Part shown: positions 1 to 9,938 of the stretch, piece by piece
Layout of the letters: every line of letters starts with the position of its first letter
How positions within the stretch are numbered: position 1 is the stretch's first letter
DNA from: Pseudomonadota bacterium
GTDB lineage: Bacteria; Pseudomonadota; Gammaproteobacteria; Pseudomonadales; Pseudohongiellaceae
NCBI GenBank assembly: GCA_027621405.1
Contig: JAQCBT010000013.1
Span: 20,907 to 84,906, forward strand
Direction: 5' to 3'
Length of the DNA: 64,000 bases
Position numbers and translations under genes: made by a program
Notes under the pieces: generated by a model
What the model saw: the letters and a program-made list of their open reading frames with translations, nothing else
Databases searched by the model: none
What the model was told of the DNA's origin: nothing

Positions 1-654
1 TGGCAGGATGATGGTATCCGGGCCAGCCGTCCCGATGAGCAGTCCAAGGGCCTGCAAGGTTCCGTCCAGGGTGCCACCATTGTTGGTATCGATTACCGGA
101 AAGGCTGTGGTACGAAACACATCGCCCGCGTGAATCACGTCGGAGTCAACGAAATGAATGAAGGTATCGCCATCCGTGTGGGCAGGCGGCACCGGGAAGG
201 CAAACACCTCTTCGCCGTTCAAGTGGATGGTGATGGCATCGCTGTAAGTAAGAACAGGCAGCGCATCTTTGGGTGATTGCGCTTCCAGCCTCACCCTGAC
301 CTCGTCGCGGGCAAGGATCAGAATACCGAGCTTGCCCAGGTTCTCGTTTCCACCTGTGTGATCGCCGTGAACATGGGTGTTGATGACGAAGCGAATCTCA
401 CCATCGTTCAGACCCCTGATCGCTGCCAGGATTCTCTCTGTTAGGGGGGCGTACTGATCATCGATCATGACCACGCCATCTTCACCAACTGAAAGACCGA
501 TATTGCCGCCGCTGCCTTCAAGGTAGTACACGCTGCCCGCGACATGATGGGGGATGATTTCCACGTTACTGAAATCCTGTTGGGCGAGTGCAGACTGGCC
601 TGTGGCGAGCAACAGGGAAGCAAGCAAGTAAATATCGGGTCGAGCCCTGGACAT
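1..654 (-). CDS. MBL-fold metallo-hydrolase, exported (3' end runs off the window)
   Basis: My own translation of the minus strand from ATG 652-654, with GGAGG 5 nt upstream. It gives the signal peptide MSRARPDIYLLASLLLATGQSALA, then ...VINTHVHGDHTGG (HxHxDH zinc motif, nt ~361-390). The ORF is absent from the track because it is open at the window edge. Confidence 0.8.
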   Translation of the reverse strand, partial: MSRARPDIYLLASLLLATGQSALAQQDFSNVEIIPHHVAGSVYYLEGSGGNIGLSVGEDGVVMIDDQYAPLTERILAAIRGLNDGEIRFVINTHVHGDHTGGNENLGKLGILILARDEVRVRLEAQSPKDALPVLTYSDAITIHLNGEEVFAFPVPPAHTDGDTFIHFVDSDVIHAGDVFRTTAFPVIDTNNGGTLDGTLQALGLLIGTAGPDTIILP

Positions 655-880
655 AGTGACCTCCTGAAAGGCTGAAATGCTGCTGGGCAGCTGTTCTTGT
701 GCGGTGGGGTTCCGGAATCCAGCATAGAAGCGATTCCTGCAGAAGGCAACGGCAGACAGGGAAATTCAAGGCGATTTGGTTTACTCTAATTGCTAGCGAG
801 AGCCAGGCCCAGGCTGCCCGTTAGAGCAGGACATGCCGGGCTTCATCGTATAACAGCCATTACCAATTCTGCGATTTACC

Positions 881-1627
881 ATGCCCCTACCGAGACTGCG
901 CCAGATCATTATTCAGGGACTGCTGCTGGCCTTGCTTGGCGGACATCTCCCGGTAGCCAGTGCCCAGCGCGACCGGGATAAGAATTCACTTCCGGTACTG
1001 GATTTCAATGCCCCCTTGCGCCTCAATTTCTCCGGCAACTGGGAGAAGGACTTCGCCCGCAGCGATCGCTGGGAAGATGAGCTCGACCGGCAGCTAAGGC
1101 TGCGCCAGGAAGCGGCTGCCCTGCAGCAGGCGGGTATCCGCAGCGGTAGCGGGCCGGCGGTATCCCTTGGCAACCTCAATATCGGTCGCAACTCTTCCAG
1201 GGGCGCCAACCTGATCCAGCTCGCGCAGTTGGCTGAGTACATCAATCGCCAGAGCACCATGCAGATAACCCAGGATCGCAACCAGGTGCGGATCGAACGC
1301 AGCGGCGAGGCGCCACTGATCTGTGGCATCGAAGACGGTGCCCAGACCACCTTCGAAAGCGCACATGGTTCGGAGATCTGTGGCTGGGAGAACCAACAGC
1401 TGGTCTTTCTTATCTCCCTGCCCGGCAACATTGTCATTCAGCACCGCTTTACCGTGGACGCCAATCGCGAGCAGTTGCGCATGGTGACCAGCGTGAACAG
1501 CAACGGCGGAACGCCTTTCAATCTGATCCAGTCTTTCAATCGCTACGACGTTGGCGCCGATGAATTGAACTGCATCGTAACCGTCAGTCGTGGTCGAGTG
1601 TGCAGCCAGGTCACGCCCCTGCAATGA
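881..1627 (+). CDS. hypothetical exported protein
   Basis: 248-aa ORF with an N-terminal signal peptide (LLLALLGGHLPVASA-QR). I recognise no family. Confidence 0.6.
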   Translation: MPLPRLRQIIIQGLLLALLGGHLPVASAQRDRDKNSLPVLDFNAPLRLNFSGNWEKDFARSDRWEDELDRQLRLRQEAAALQQAGIRSGSGPAVSLGNLNIGRNSSRGANLIQLAQLAEYINRQSTMQITQDRNQVRIERSGEAPLICGIEDGAQTTFESAHGSEICGWENQQLVFLISLPGNIVIQHRFTVDANREQLRMVTSVNSNGGTPFNLIQSFNRYDVGADELNCIVTVSRGRVCSQVTPLQ

Positions 1628-1654
1628 CAGATCGCAGTGACAAGAAGCAGTGAT

Positions 1655-2821
1655 ATGAAAAGGTTACATAGCATTCCAGGCGCCTGTTCCGTCTACTTGC
1701 TCGCGATCCTACTGCAGGCCTGCGCCAGTTCCGATCCCCCTGAACCCATTACTCACTACCCGGAGATTCCGGCAGTGGGAACGATTACCTTGCAGACCAG
1801 CGAGGAAGAAACCGAGGTCTATCTTGATGTTGGCATCAGCGTCTTCACCAATACCTATCATGAAGACGAATCCGAGACTTATGGCGACTGGATCTTCACG
1901 GAGATCCGGGACAACGAACGCCACTTTCTACCTTACCTGTTGCGGGACACGCTGCTCAATTCCGGGCAGTGGGGTGCAGTGCGAGTACTACCCCAGGCAG
2001 ATCCCTCGGTAGACCTGTTGCTGTCAGGCACTATCCTCTACTCCGATGGATCGCGGCTGGTGCTTGCCATGGAAGCCACCGACAGCACGGGGCGGCGCTG
2101 GCTGCAGAAGACCTATGCCGACGATTCACGGGCTGAAGACTATCCGGACTCTTCCCGATTACGAGCCGCCAGCCAGCTGGAACGTGAGGATCTGAAGGAA
2201 CCATTCCAGGACATCTACAACCAGGTTGCCAATGATTTGCTGGCGGTGCGGAATGCCATGACCAGCGAACAACTGCAGAAGGTGCAGCGCGTTTCGGAGC
2301 TGGTCTACGCTAACGACCTGGCTCCCGATTCGTTTGCCGAGTCCCTGGCCACCGACGCCGAGGGCTATTTGACGATTAACACCCTGCCTGCCGAACAGGA
2401 CCCCATGATGAATCGTGTGCTGGAGATGCGCCGCCGCCATCATCTCTTCATCGATACCGTGGACGAGTACTACAAGGCCCTGTTCGATGAAATGCAGGCC
2501 TCCTATCTGGTGTGGCGACGCTATGCCTTTGACCAGGAAAATGAGCTGGAATTCACGACCCGCGAGAGCGCCGATCAGGACCTGTTCAGTTCCACCAACA
2601 CAACCCTCACCCTGCTGCAGCGCTACGACCGCTACCGCTGGGCAAAGATCTACGAGCAGGAGTTCCTCGAATTGGCCACCGGGTTCAACAAGGAACTGGC
2701 ACCCACCTTCCTCGAGCTCAATCGCAATGTGCACGGCCTGTCCGGTACCATGGAAGAGCAATACCTGCAGTGGCGCAGAATCCTGCGTCAGTTGTTCGAG
2801 TTGGAGACAGGCGATATCTGA
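1655..2821 (+). CDS. hypothetical lipoprotein
   Basis: The track ORF is 1637..2821. I prefer ATG 1655, which gives MKRLHSIPGACSVYLLAILLQAC with a lipobox (L-Q-A-C). It starts 27 nt after the previous stop, so it is probably co-transcribed. Confidence 0.6.
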   Translation: MKRLHSIPGACSVYLLAILLQACASSDPPEPITHYPEIPAVGTITLQTSEEETEVYLDVGISVFTNTYHEDESETYGDWIFTEIRDNERHFLPYLLRDTLLNSGQWGAVRVLPQADPSVDLLLSGTILYSDGSRLVLAMEATDSTGRRWLQKTYADDSRAEDYPDSSRLRAASQLEREDLKEPFQDIYNQVANDLLAVRNAMTSEQLQKVQRVSELVYANDLAPDSFAESLATDAEGYLTINTLPAEQDPMMNRVLEMRRRHHLFIDTVDEYYKALFDEMQASYLVWRRYAFDQENELEFTTRESADQDLFSSTNTTLTLLQRYDRYRWAKIYEQEFLELATGFNKELAPTFLELNRNVHGLSGTMEEQYLQWRRILRQLFELETGDI

Positions 2822-2960
2822 TTCGGTTCGTCGCCTTTTTCGACGCCTGACACCCGCGAGGAATTTTGCTTTATTGCCAAATACGGTAGTCTCATGAAAC
2901 GACCCTGCTTTTCCAGCACAAGAAGAAAACAAGAATAATAATGAAAGAAGGAGGCAGCCT

Positions 2961-3506
2961 ATGAATGACTCGCAGGCAATTAGCAGAAGCGCCAAACTCA
3001 AATGGATTATCGGAGGTAGCCTTGGCGGCCTGCTGGCAGTAGCCGTGGTCGGCTTCTTCATCTACTCCTCGGTCTGCCCCTGTGACCGAATGCCGGGCGG
3101 CTTCCTCTTGGGCGAGGCAGCCGAAGGGCCGATCACCGACTGGAGTTTTGCCAACGATGTGCCTCTGTGCCAACTACAGATCTACGCCGGCATCCGCCCC
3201 CATTCCGTGAATCTCAATTGCTTTGCCACGCCAGAGGGCGAGATGTATCTCAGTTGTTCAGTCTGCGACAGCAAATACTGGGCTTCGAAGGTCGAGGCCA
3301 ATGAATCCGCGGTCATGAAACTGGACGGGGTCACCTATCCCGTGGTCTTGAACCGGATACAGGACCCGGCCAAAATGGATCATGCATGGTCTGCCCGTGT
3401 GATAAAGTTGCAGACCCACGGTGGCGGCCCGTTCAATCCCATACCAGACCTCGATGCGGTGCGCCCGGATCACTGGTGGACCTACCACGTGACCTGGCGC
3501 AGTTAG
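2961..3506 (+). CDS. hypothetical membrane-anchored Cys-rich protein
   Basis: AGGAGG lies just upstream of the ATG. There is a single N-terminal TM helix (IIGGSLGGLLAVAVVGFFIY) and six Cys in the predicted extracytoplasmic part (CPC, LCQ, NCF, SCSVC). Confidence 0.6.
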   Translation: MNDSQAISRSAKLKWIIGGSLGGLLAVAVVGFFIYSSVCPCDRMPGGFLLGEAAEGPITDWSFANDVPLCQLQIYAGIRPHSVNLNCFATPEGEMYLSCSVCDSKYWASKVEANESAVMKLDGVTYPVVLNRIQDPAKMDHAWSARVIKLQTHGGGPFNPIPDLDAVRPDHWWTYHVTWRS

Positions 3507-3614
3507 GTGAGTAGTCAGGTGAACTGTCTGGCCAATTCGGAAACAATTGCTAATCGACAGACACCGGCAGACTCACTATCGAAATTCACTATCGGAACAA
3601 GCAAGGACATTGCC

Positions 3615-4565
3615 ATGAAGAACACCAAGATACTGACTTTTGCTATCAGCGGGTTGCTCGGCACAGCCTCTTCTTTGAGCCTGGCCCAGGGAGACAGCTG
3701 GGTGGACAAGGCCGTTCACAATTTTGGCGCCCCCATCAATACCATGTGGGCCGAGGGCGAGCTCTCCTTCGCCGCCGATGGCACCATGGTCTACTGCAGT
3801 GCGCGCCAGGACATGGCGGTCGCCGAGGGTGATCCCAAGGATCTCTATATTGCCTACTTCAACGAGGAAACCGGCACCTGGGGTGATCCTGTCAACATGG
3901 GTATTCCCATCAACCAGCCGCCACGCACCGATGTCGACCCACTGCGCAAGGGTGACGATCGCGAGCCCTGGATTACCGCCGATGGCAACACCATCTATTT
4001 CAAGTCAGATCGCCTGGCTACTACGTCGCCACTGAACAATAACGACCTGTTTGTTACACGCAAGGTAAATGGCCAGTGGACCGAGCCGCAACTGGTTGGT
4101 TTCCCCATCAGCACCAACGAAGGTGATGAACATTGCCCTGCCATTTTGCAGGATGGTGAAACACTGTGCTTCGCCTCACGCCGTGCCGGTGGTTACGGCG
4201 GCTCCGATATTTACTGCTCCAGCCCCGACGGCAATGGCGGCTGGACCGAGCCTGTGAACCAGGGCCCCAACATCAATACCGCCGCCGAAGAATTCCACTT
4301 CACCCAGGATACCGATGGTATGGTGTATTTCACCTCGGCCCGTGAAGGCGGCTATGGCGGCATGGATATCTGGGGCGCCATGCAGCAGGGTCCCAATAGC
4401 TGGGGACCGGCGCGCAATCTTGGTCCACAGGTGAACACGGCATCCGCCGATATGTGCCCAGCCCTGCCGCCCGGTGGTGACAGCTTTAGCTGGTTCTCAT
4501 CCCGCCAGGACAACAGCCTGGGCAACATAGATATCTTCTGGACCAACAAGGTCAATACCCAGTAG
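3615..4565 (+). CDS. PD40 (TolB-like beta-propeller repeat) protein, exported
   Basis: The track ORF is 3507..4565. ATG 3615 gives the signal peptide MKNTKILTFAISGLLGTASSLSLAQG. The protein has repeated ...DG..(I/V)YF.S.R.GG.GG.DI(Y/W) units typical of PD40 repeats. A terminator hairpin follows. Confidence 0.7.
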   Translation: MKNTKILTFAISGLLGTASSLSLAQGDSWVDKAVHNFGAPINTMWAEGELSFAADGTMVYCSARQDMAVAEGDPKDLYIAYFNEETGTWGDPVNMGIPINQPPRTDVDPLRKGDDREPWITADGNTIYFKSDRLATTSPLNNNDLFVTRKVNGQWTEPQLVGFPISTNEGDEHCPAILQDGETLCFASRRAGGYGGSDIYCSSPDGNGGWTEPVNQGPNINTAAEEFHFTQDTDGMVYFTSAREGGYGGMDIWGAMQQGPNSWGPARNLGPQVNTASADMCPALPPGGDSFSWFSSRQDNSLGNIDIFWTNKVNTQ

Positions 4566-4604
4566 GGTAATCCCGACAGCGGAAGCGGCGCTTCCCCGCA
4601 ACAT

Positions 4605-4642
4605 AAATGGCGACTGCAATACTGCAGTCGCCATTTATTTTT
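4605..4642 (+). terminator. rho-independent terminator
   Basis: AAATGGCGACTGCA-atac-TGCAGTCGCCATTT forms a perfect 14-bp stem, followed by ATTTTT. Confidence 0.75.
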
Positions 4643-4665
4643 CTGCCAGAAAGAGAGGGTGCTCT

Positions 4666-5367
4666 GTGCAAGCCAACTGGGAAACCGTCGACCAGGCAGC
4701 TGCGATTTTTCGTGCCAGGTACAAGATACCCGGAACCACACCCTATTCGGTTGCGCTAGGCTTGCCCGAAAACAAGTTGCTGGTCTTCAGCCCGGGACCC
4801 GGACTCGAAGACTTGCTGCCTGCTGGTTTCGATAGTACGACCAAATTGTTACTCCTGGCACCTAATATCGGTCACAATCTAGGCATCGTCCCGTGGCAGC
4901 AGCACTACCCCGATGCCAGGGTCTTCGCGCCCCAGGGTTTGCAGGATCGACTACGAAAGAAGAAGCGCAGCATCGACGGACTGGAATCGGTCGAGACGCT
5001 GGCGGCCCTGCTGCCTGGGCACGTGAAACTGCATGTGCTGCCGGAAAACAAGTTTCACGAGGTGTGGCTTAGCGTCGACTCTGGTAACAGAACCTACTGG
5101 CTTATCTGCGATGCCTTTCTGAATTTCGATTACGTGGACGGCAACTTCATCATCAAGTTCCTGCTGGGTCTCTATGGCATCAAGCCCGGCCTGCGGCTGC
5201 ACAAGATTTTCCGCATGGGCCTGAAAGACAAACCCGGATTCAGGAACTGGGCGCTGCCCCTGTTCGACAATGATCGACAGCATGTGCTGCTTCCCTGTCA
5301 TCGCGAGATTTATGATGCCGGGGATTGTGGACAGCGCATGGTGGAGATGTTGAACGCGCTTAAATAG
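4666..5367 (+). CDS. hypothetical protein (possibly DUF4336/MBL-like; not verified)
   Basis: 233-aa ORF with a GTG start and GAGAGGGTG upstream. No signal peptide. The family assignment is a weak recollection only. Confidence 0.5.
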   Translation: MQANWETVDQAAAIFRARYKIPGTTPYSVALGLPENKLLVFSPGPGLEDLLPAGFDSTTKLLLLAPNIGHNLGIVPWQQHYPDARVFAPQGLQDRLRKKKRSIDGLESVETLAALLPGHVKLHVLPENKFHEVWLSVDSGNRTYWLICDAFLNFDYVDGNFIIKFLLGLYGIKPGLRLHKIFRMGLKDKPGFRNWALPLFDNDRQHVLLPCHREIYDAGDCGQRMVEMLNALK

Positions 5368-5409
5368 GGACAGATTTATTTTTCCCAAAAATAAATCTGT
5401 CCCTATTTT
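5363..5409. terminator. perfect 21-bp palindrome overlapping the stop codon (bidirectional terminator-like)
   Basis: AATAGGGACAGATTTATTTTT-ccc-AAAAATAAATCTGTCCCTATT. The stop TAG at 5365-5367 lies inside the left arm. Both arms carry A/T tracts. Confidence 0.6.
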
Positions 5410-5426
5410 CTAGGTAATCTCTGCGT

Positions 5427-5459
5427 AAAAAAAGGCGTCTGGTCGAAACCAGACGCCTT
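5427..5459 (-). terminator. rho-independent terminator of the dienelactone hydrolase gene
   Basis: AAGGCGTCTGGT-cgaa-ACCAGACGCCTT forms a 12-bp stem. The A-run on the plus strand is a T-run after the hairpin on the minus strand. Confidence 0.7.
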
Positions 5460-5488
5460 CTCGCAATGAGGTCAGTTGTTGTAGGGCG

Positions 5489-6367
5489 CTACGCCAAATT
5501 ATTCGCGAATAAGTTCAGCAAGCGACCCCACGCTCTCTCAGCCTGGGCCTGGTGATAGACCTGGGAGTCGATGGCACACCAGCCATGCAAGGCACCTTCG
5601 TAGACTTCGATCTCGGCAGCAATGCCTGCTGCGGCATAAGCCTCACGCAGGGTGACTTTCGCCTGCGGATCATTCTCATCATCGTTGGCCGCCACGCAGT
5701 GCAACATCGCTGCCTTGGTATCTGGAATCAGCAGGTGTGGGCTGTTGGGCTGGGCCGTGGCGAGACCACCACCGTGGAATGTCGCACCGGCGGCAAAGCG
5801 ATCGGGCACGGCGGCAACGGTGCGCATCACCATGGGGCCACCCATGCAGTAACCGGTGGTGCCAATGCCCCTGCTGGTATCCACTTCCGGTTGCTGGTCC
5901 AGCCACTGTTGGAAGGCACGGGCATCGGTGAAGTGGGTGTCTTCGTTGAGGTTACGTGCCATGCCCAATACGTGATTGCGTACATCGGGATCACCGAAAC
6001 TGGCGCCAAAGCTTACCACTGGTGAACGGGCGTCGCGGTAGAAGGGATTCACGGTCAATACTGCATAACCCGCACGGGCCAGGCGACGACCCATTTCCCG
6101 GAATCCCGGGCGCAGGGCCAGGATATCGGGCCATACCAGCACGGCGGCATGGGCGCCGGACGAGGGATAGGCGAAATGGCAGTCGGCCACACCGTCCGGG
6201 GTTCTTATATCGATATCACGCTCGGAAATAGACTGGGCGTTGGCCATGGTGGGCAGCATCATGCCTGCACCGACACCAGCGGCCAGCTTGGTGAAGTCAC
6301 GCCGGCTCATTTCCGGGTGATCGCTCAGGTATTCTTCTACGTCTTTCTGGGTATCAAGATCACACAT
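5489..6367 (-). CDS. dienelactone hydrolase family protein, Tat-exported
   Basis: Twin-arginine motif SRRDFTKLAAGVGAGMML. Nucleophile elbow GYCMGG. Overall DLH-like alpha/beta hydrolase layout. Confidence 0.8.
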   Translation of the reverse strand: MCDLDTQKDVEEYLSDHPEMSRRDFTKLAAGVGAGMMLPTMANAQSISERDIDIRTPDGVADCHFAYPSSGAHAAVLVWPDILALRPGFREMGRRLARAGYAVLTVNPFYRDARSPVVSFGASFGDPDVRNHVLGMARNLNEDTHFTDARAFQQWLDQQPEVDTSRGIGTTGYCMGGPMVMRTVAAVPDRFAAGATFHGGGLATAQPNSPHLLIPDTKAAMLHCVAANDDENDPQAKVTLREAYAAAGIAAEIEVYEGALHGWCAIDSQVYHQAQAERAWGRLLNLFANNLA

Positions 6368-6511
6368 TGTTGGGTCCTCGCTTACAGCGCGTTGGTCTTA
6401 TTCTATAAACCTGATTGTGAGAGTATGTAGATCGTCGGTAAAACTCAACTCCCTTTGCCGCTTATTTGCATCCTGAAACCATGAATCATGGAGCACCAGC
6501 CTGATCCCCCT

Positions 6512-7039
6512 ATGAAGCTACTCGCCTTTGCTGCAAGCAACAGCCGGCAGTCCATCAACAAGCAACTTGTACGCCATGCCGCTTCACTGGTGGCAGCTGC
6601 CGACGTAGAAATACTGGATCTCAATGACTACGAACTACCTCTGTTCAGCGTGGACAGGGAGAAAGAACTAGGCCAGCCAGAGTTGGCGCATGCGTTCCTC
6701 GACAAAATTGCCGGTGCGGATGCCTTGTTGATTTCCTTCGCAGAACACAACGGCGCCATCACCGCCGCCTGGAAGAATCTCTACGACTGGTGCTCGCGCA
6801 TCGAAGTGAATGTGTACCAGGGCAAGCCGGTGGTCATGCTGTCGACTTCTCCGGGTCGACGGGGCGGGGCCGGTGCACTGGAAATCGCCCTTAAGACTGC
6901 TCCCCATTTTGGCGCCGATATCCGGGGCTCATTGTCCATACCGTCTTTCAATGACAACTTTGACAGGGATAGCGGCCAATTGACTAATGCCGAATTAAAG
7001 GCAAAGCTTGTCAAGGTGCTAGGCACACTGCAGAGCTAG
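6512..7039 (+). CDS. NAD(P)H-dependent FMN reductase family oxidoreductase
   Basis: MKLLAFAASNSRQSINKQLV... is a typical N-terminus for this flavodoxin-like family. The track start at 6488 is an 8-codon alternative. Confidence 0.75.
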   Translation: MKLLAFAASNSRQSINKQLVRHAASLVAAADVEILDLNDYELPLFSVDREKELGQPELAHAFLDKIAGADALLISFAEHNGAITAAWKNLYDWCSRIEVNVYQGKPVVMLSTSPGRRGGAGALEIALKTAPHFGADIRGSLSIPSFNDNFDRDSGQLTNAELKAKLVKVLGTLQS

Positions 7040-7100
7040 CTGGAAGCACACTCATCAACAGCACATACGTAAAAAATATAACAAGAATCGGGGACAAGTC

Positions 7101-8225
7101 ATGAGGGCATTCAGTCGACGCAAGTTCGTAACAGCCTGCGCAGGATCCGCCGTCGCCGCCGGCTTTCCCCACATCGCCCTGGGGCAGGGCGTGCAGGTGG
7201 CCACGGTGGCCGGCAACGGCGAGCGTGGGCATGAGGCGGAACCCCGGGGTGGTGTGTTGGCACTGGAAACGCCGGTGGATAATCCCTATGGCGTGGTGCC
7301 CGGCCCCGATGGCGCACTGTATTTCTGTGAAGTCGACACCGGGCATATCCGCCGCCTCGACCTGACTAACCTGCGTTTGAGCACCATCGCCGGTACCGGC
7401 GAGAAAGGCTACCGACCCGAATCCCGCCTACCCATGGAAACACCATTTTCGGCACCCCATGAGATTCGCTGGGATGACAGGAATCTCTATATCGTTGAGC
7501 GCGACAATCACACGGTGCGCAGGATCAACGGCCAGACCGGTCTCGTGACTACCCTGGCGGGCAACGGTGAAGCCGGCTTCGCCGGCGATGGCCGACCCGC
7601 CGTGCTCTCGCAGTTGAACCGACCCCACAGCATCGCCTTTGATTCCCGGGGCAATCTGCTGATCTGTGACATTGGTAACCAGCGATTACGCATCGTCGAC
7701 CGGGAATCCGGGCTTATATCCACCCTGTCGGGAACCGGCGAGCCCTCAGCGACTCCTGATGAGGGACCGCTGGACGGCACACCGCTGCTGGGACCCCGCT
7801 CTATCGACACCGATCCCGATGGCTACGCCTACCTGGTGTTGCGGGAAGGCAATGCCGTGTACCAACTAAATATCCGCGGCAACCGATTGCGACGCATCGC
7901 CGGAACTGGCGAGCAGGGCTATGCCGGGGACGGGGGCCCGGCGCTGCAAGCAAGCTTCAATGGCCCGAAAGGCATTGCCTATTCCCGCGCCGACAACAGC
8001 CTCTATATCGTGGACACTGAGAATCACGTGATTCGGCGCATGTCCTTGACCACAGGGCTGGTCGATACCGTGTTGGGCACCGGGGAACGGGGCGATGGTC
8101 CCGATGGCGATCCGCTGGCCTGCAGTCTCAACCGCCCGCACGGTGTATGCGTGCATCGCGGTGTGGTCTATATTACTGATAGCGAGAGCCATCGTATTCG
8201 TGCCATCACCGGATTGTTCGGCTAG
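7101..8225 (+). CDS. NHL-repeat beta-propeller protein, Tat signal
   Basis: Twin-arginine motif SRRKFVTACAGSAVAAG. About six repeats of the form ...L..P.G(V/I)A.D..G.LY(I/V).D..N..(I/V)RR(I/L). Confidence 0.7.
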   Translation: MRAFSRRKFVTACAGSAVAAGFPHIALGQGVQVATVAGNGERGHEAEPRGGVLALETPVDNPYGVVPGPDGALYFCEVDTGHIRRLDLTNLRLSTIAGTGEKGYRPESRLPMETPFSAPHEIRWDDRNLYIVERDNHTVRRINGQTGLVTTLAGNGEAGFAGDGRPAVLSQLNRPHSIAFDSRGNLLICDIGNQRLRIVDRESGLISTLSGTGEPSATPDEGPLDGTPLLGPRSIDTDPDGYAYLVLREGNAVYQLNIRGNRLRRIAGTGEQGYAGDGGPALQASFNGPKGIAYSRADNSLYIVDTENHVIRRMSLTTGLVDTVLGTGERGDGPDGDPLACSLNRPHGVCVHRGVVYITDSESHRIRAITGLFG

Positions 8226-8340
8226 GGAGGCGGCAACGCGGCAGAAAACCTCGACAGCCTCCGCAGAGACGCAACGTACTTAATCACAGGTTCCCTAGGT
8301 AACCACCAATCAAATAACACCCGCTTGCAGGAAGTCACGT

Positions 8341-9852
8341 GTGTTCGAACTCAATGACCTTCTCTTACTGCTGCGTTCCTCACAACCAGTCATCAGTATC
8401 CAGACCCATGAGGAGCAGCGTGCCGTGGATATGATTCGGCGCTGCAGCGTGGAGATTGGCAAGCCCGTGCTGCAGTGGTCTATCACCAGGGGGCTGGTAG
8501 ATGCCGGCAGCGGTCGACCGGCCATGTCACTGCTGGACAAGGATGTCACACAGAACATGGAGGCCCAGTCAGACCCGAAACAGACCCTGGCACAGATCAA
8601 TAACAGCCGCTCCCCTGGCATCTATGTGCTGCTGGATTTCCATCCTCACCTGGACGACGCCTTCTGCGTGCGCATGATCAAGGAGATTGCCCAGGAACAT
8701 CGCAACAACGGCCATCACCTGATCTTCATCAGTCATGAGTTGACGATCCCTGCCGAACTCTCTCGATTCAATGCCCGCTTCGATTTGAGCCTGCCGGACC
8801 GCGATGCCATTCGCAAGCTGGTCATCAGCGAACTGAAAGTATGGAAGCTGCGCAACGCGAGCCAGAAGCTGGAAGCGGATCGCAAGTCCATCGACCTGCT
8901 GGTCAACAATCTCACCGGGCTCACGGTGTCAGAAAGCCAACGATTGATTCGCAATGCCATCTATGATGACGACGCCATTTCACGCTGCGATATCGATCGG
9001 GTGCAGAAAGCCAAGTATGAACTGTTAGGTAAAGACGGCGTCCTGAGTTTTGAATACGAGACCGCCGACTTCAAACAGGTAGGTGGGCTCAAGTCACTCA
9101 AGAGTTGGCTGGAGGTAAGACAGGCTGCATTCACCAGCAACAAGAAAGATTCCAGACTGGATCGTCCAAGGGGCATCCTGCTGGTGGGTATCCAGGGCAG
9201 CGGCAAGAGCCTGGCGGCAAAGGCCGTGGCCGGGGTCTGGCACGTACCACTCTTACGACTTGATTTCGGTACCCTGTATAACAAGTTCTTCGCGGAGACT
9301 GAGAAAAACATGCGGCATGCCCTGGAGCTTGCTGAAGTCATGTCACCCTGCGTGTTGTGGATAGACGAAATCGAGAAGGGTATTTCAACAGGCGACTATG
9401 ACAGCGGCACGTCACAGCGCTTGCTTGCCACCCTGCTTACCTGGATGGCAGAGAACAACAAACCCGTATTCATCGTTGCCACTGCCAACAACATCGAAGA
9501 CTTGCCACCGGAGTTGATTCGCAAGGGCCGTCTGGACGAGATATTCTTTGTCGACCTGCCTGACGAGGAAGTCAGGAAAGAAATATTCCAGATACACCTG
9601 CAGAAACGGGAAGCAAATACAGGAAACCTGGAACTGGAACAGCTGGCGGCACTCACTCCTGGCTTCTCCGGCGCGGAGATAGAGCAGGTCGTGGTATCGG
9701 GCCTGTATCACGCCCTGGCCCGGCAGGAACCCCTGTCCCAGGCCATGCTGGTGGAGGCCATCGAGAATACCCGGCCCCTGTCCGTGGTGATGGCGGAGAA
9801 GATCTCTCGTCTACAGGCCTGGGCAAGAGAACGCACTGTGCTGGCCAACTAG
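8341..9852 (+). CDS. AAA+ ATPase, Ycf46-like (C-terminal AAA module, ~250-aa N-terminal domain of unknown function)
   Basis: Walker A GIQGSGKS. Walker B VLWIDEIEKG. The ATANN...PPELIRKGRLDEIFFVDLP region is the second region of homology. GTG start. Confidence 0.85.
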   Translation: MFELNDLLLLLRSSQPVISIQTHEEQRAVDMIRRCSVEIGKPVLQWSITRGLVDAGSGRPAMSLLDKDVTQNMEAQSDPKQTLAQINNSRSPGIYVLLDFHPHLDDAFCVRMIKEIAQEHRNNGHHLIFISHELTIPAELSRFNARFDLSLPDRDAIRKLVISELKVWKLRNASQKLEADRKSIDLLVNNLTGLTVSESQRLIRNAIYDDDAISRCDIDRVQKAKYELLGKDGVLSFEYETADFKQVGGLKSLKSWLEVRQAAFTSNKKDSRLDRPRGILLVGIQGSGKSLAAKAVAGVWHVPLLRLDFGTLYNKFFAETEKNMRHALELAEVMSPCVLWIDEIEKGISTGDYDSGTSQRLLATLLTWMAENNKPVFIVATANNIEDLPPELIRKGRLDEIFFVDLPDEEVRKEIFQIHLQKREANTGNLELEQLAALTPGFSGAEIEQVVVSGLYHALARQEPLSQAMLVEAIENTRPLSVVMAEKISRLQAWARERTVLAN

Positions 9853-9938
9853 GGAAGCTCTGATTAACCAGCTTGGCTTGTCCAGCATAATTCGCCAGAA
9901 TAGACAGCCAGTCCATTAGCCTCTTTGGGAGGTGGCCC

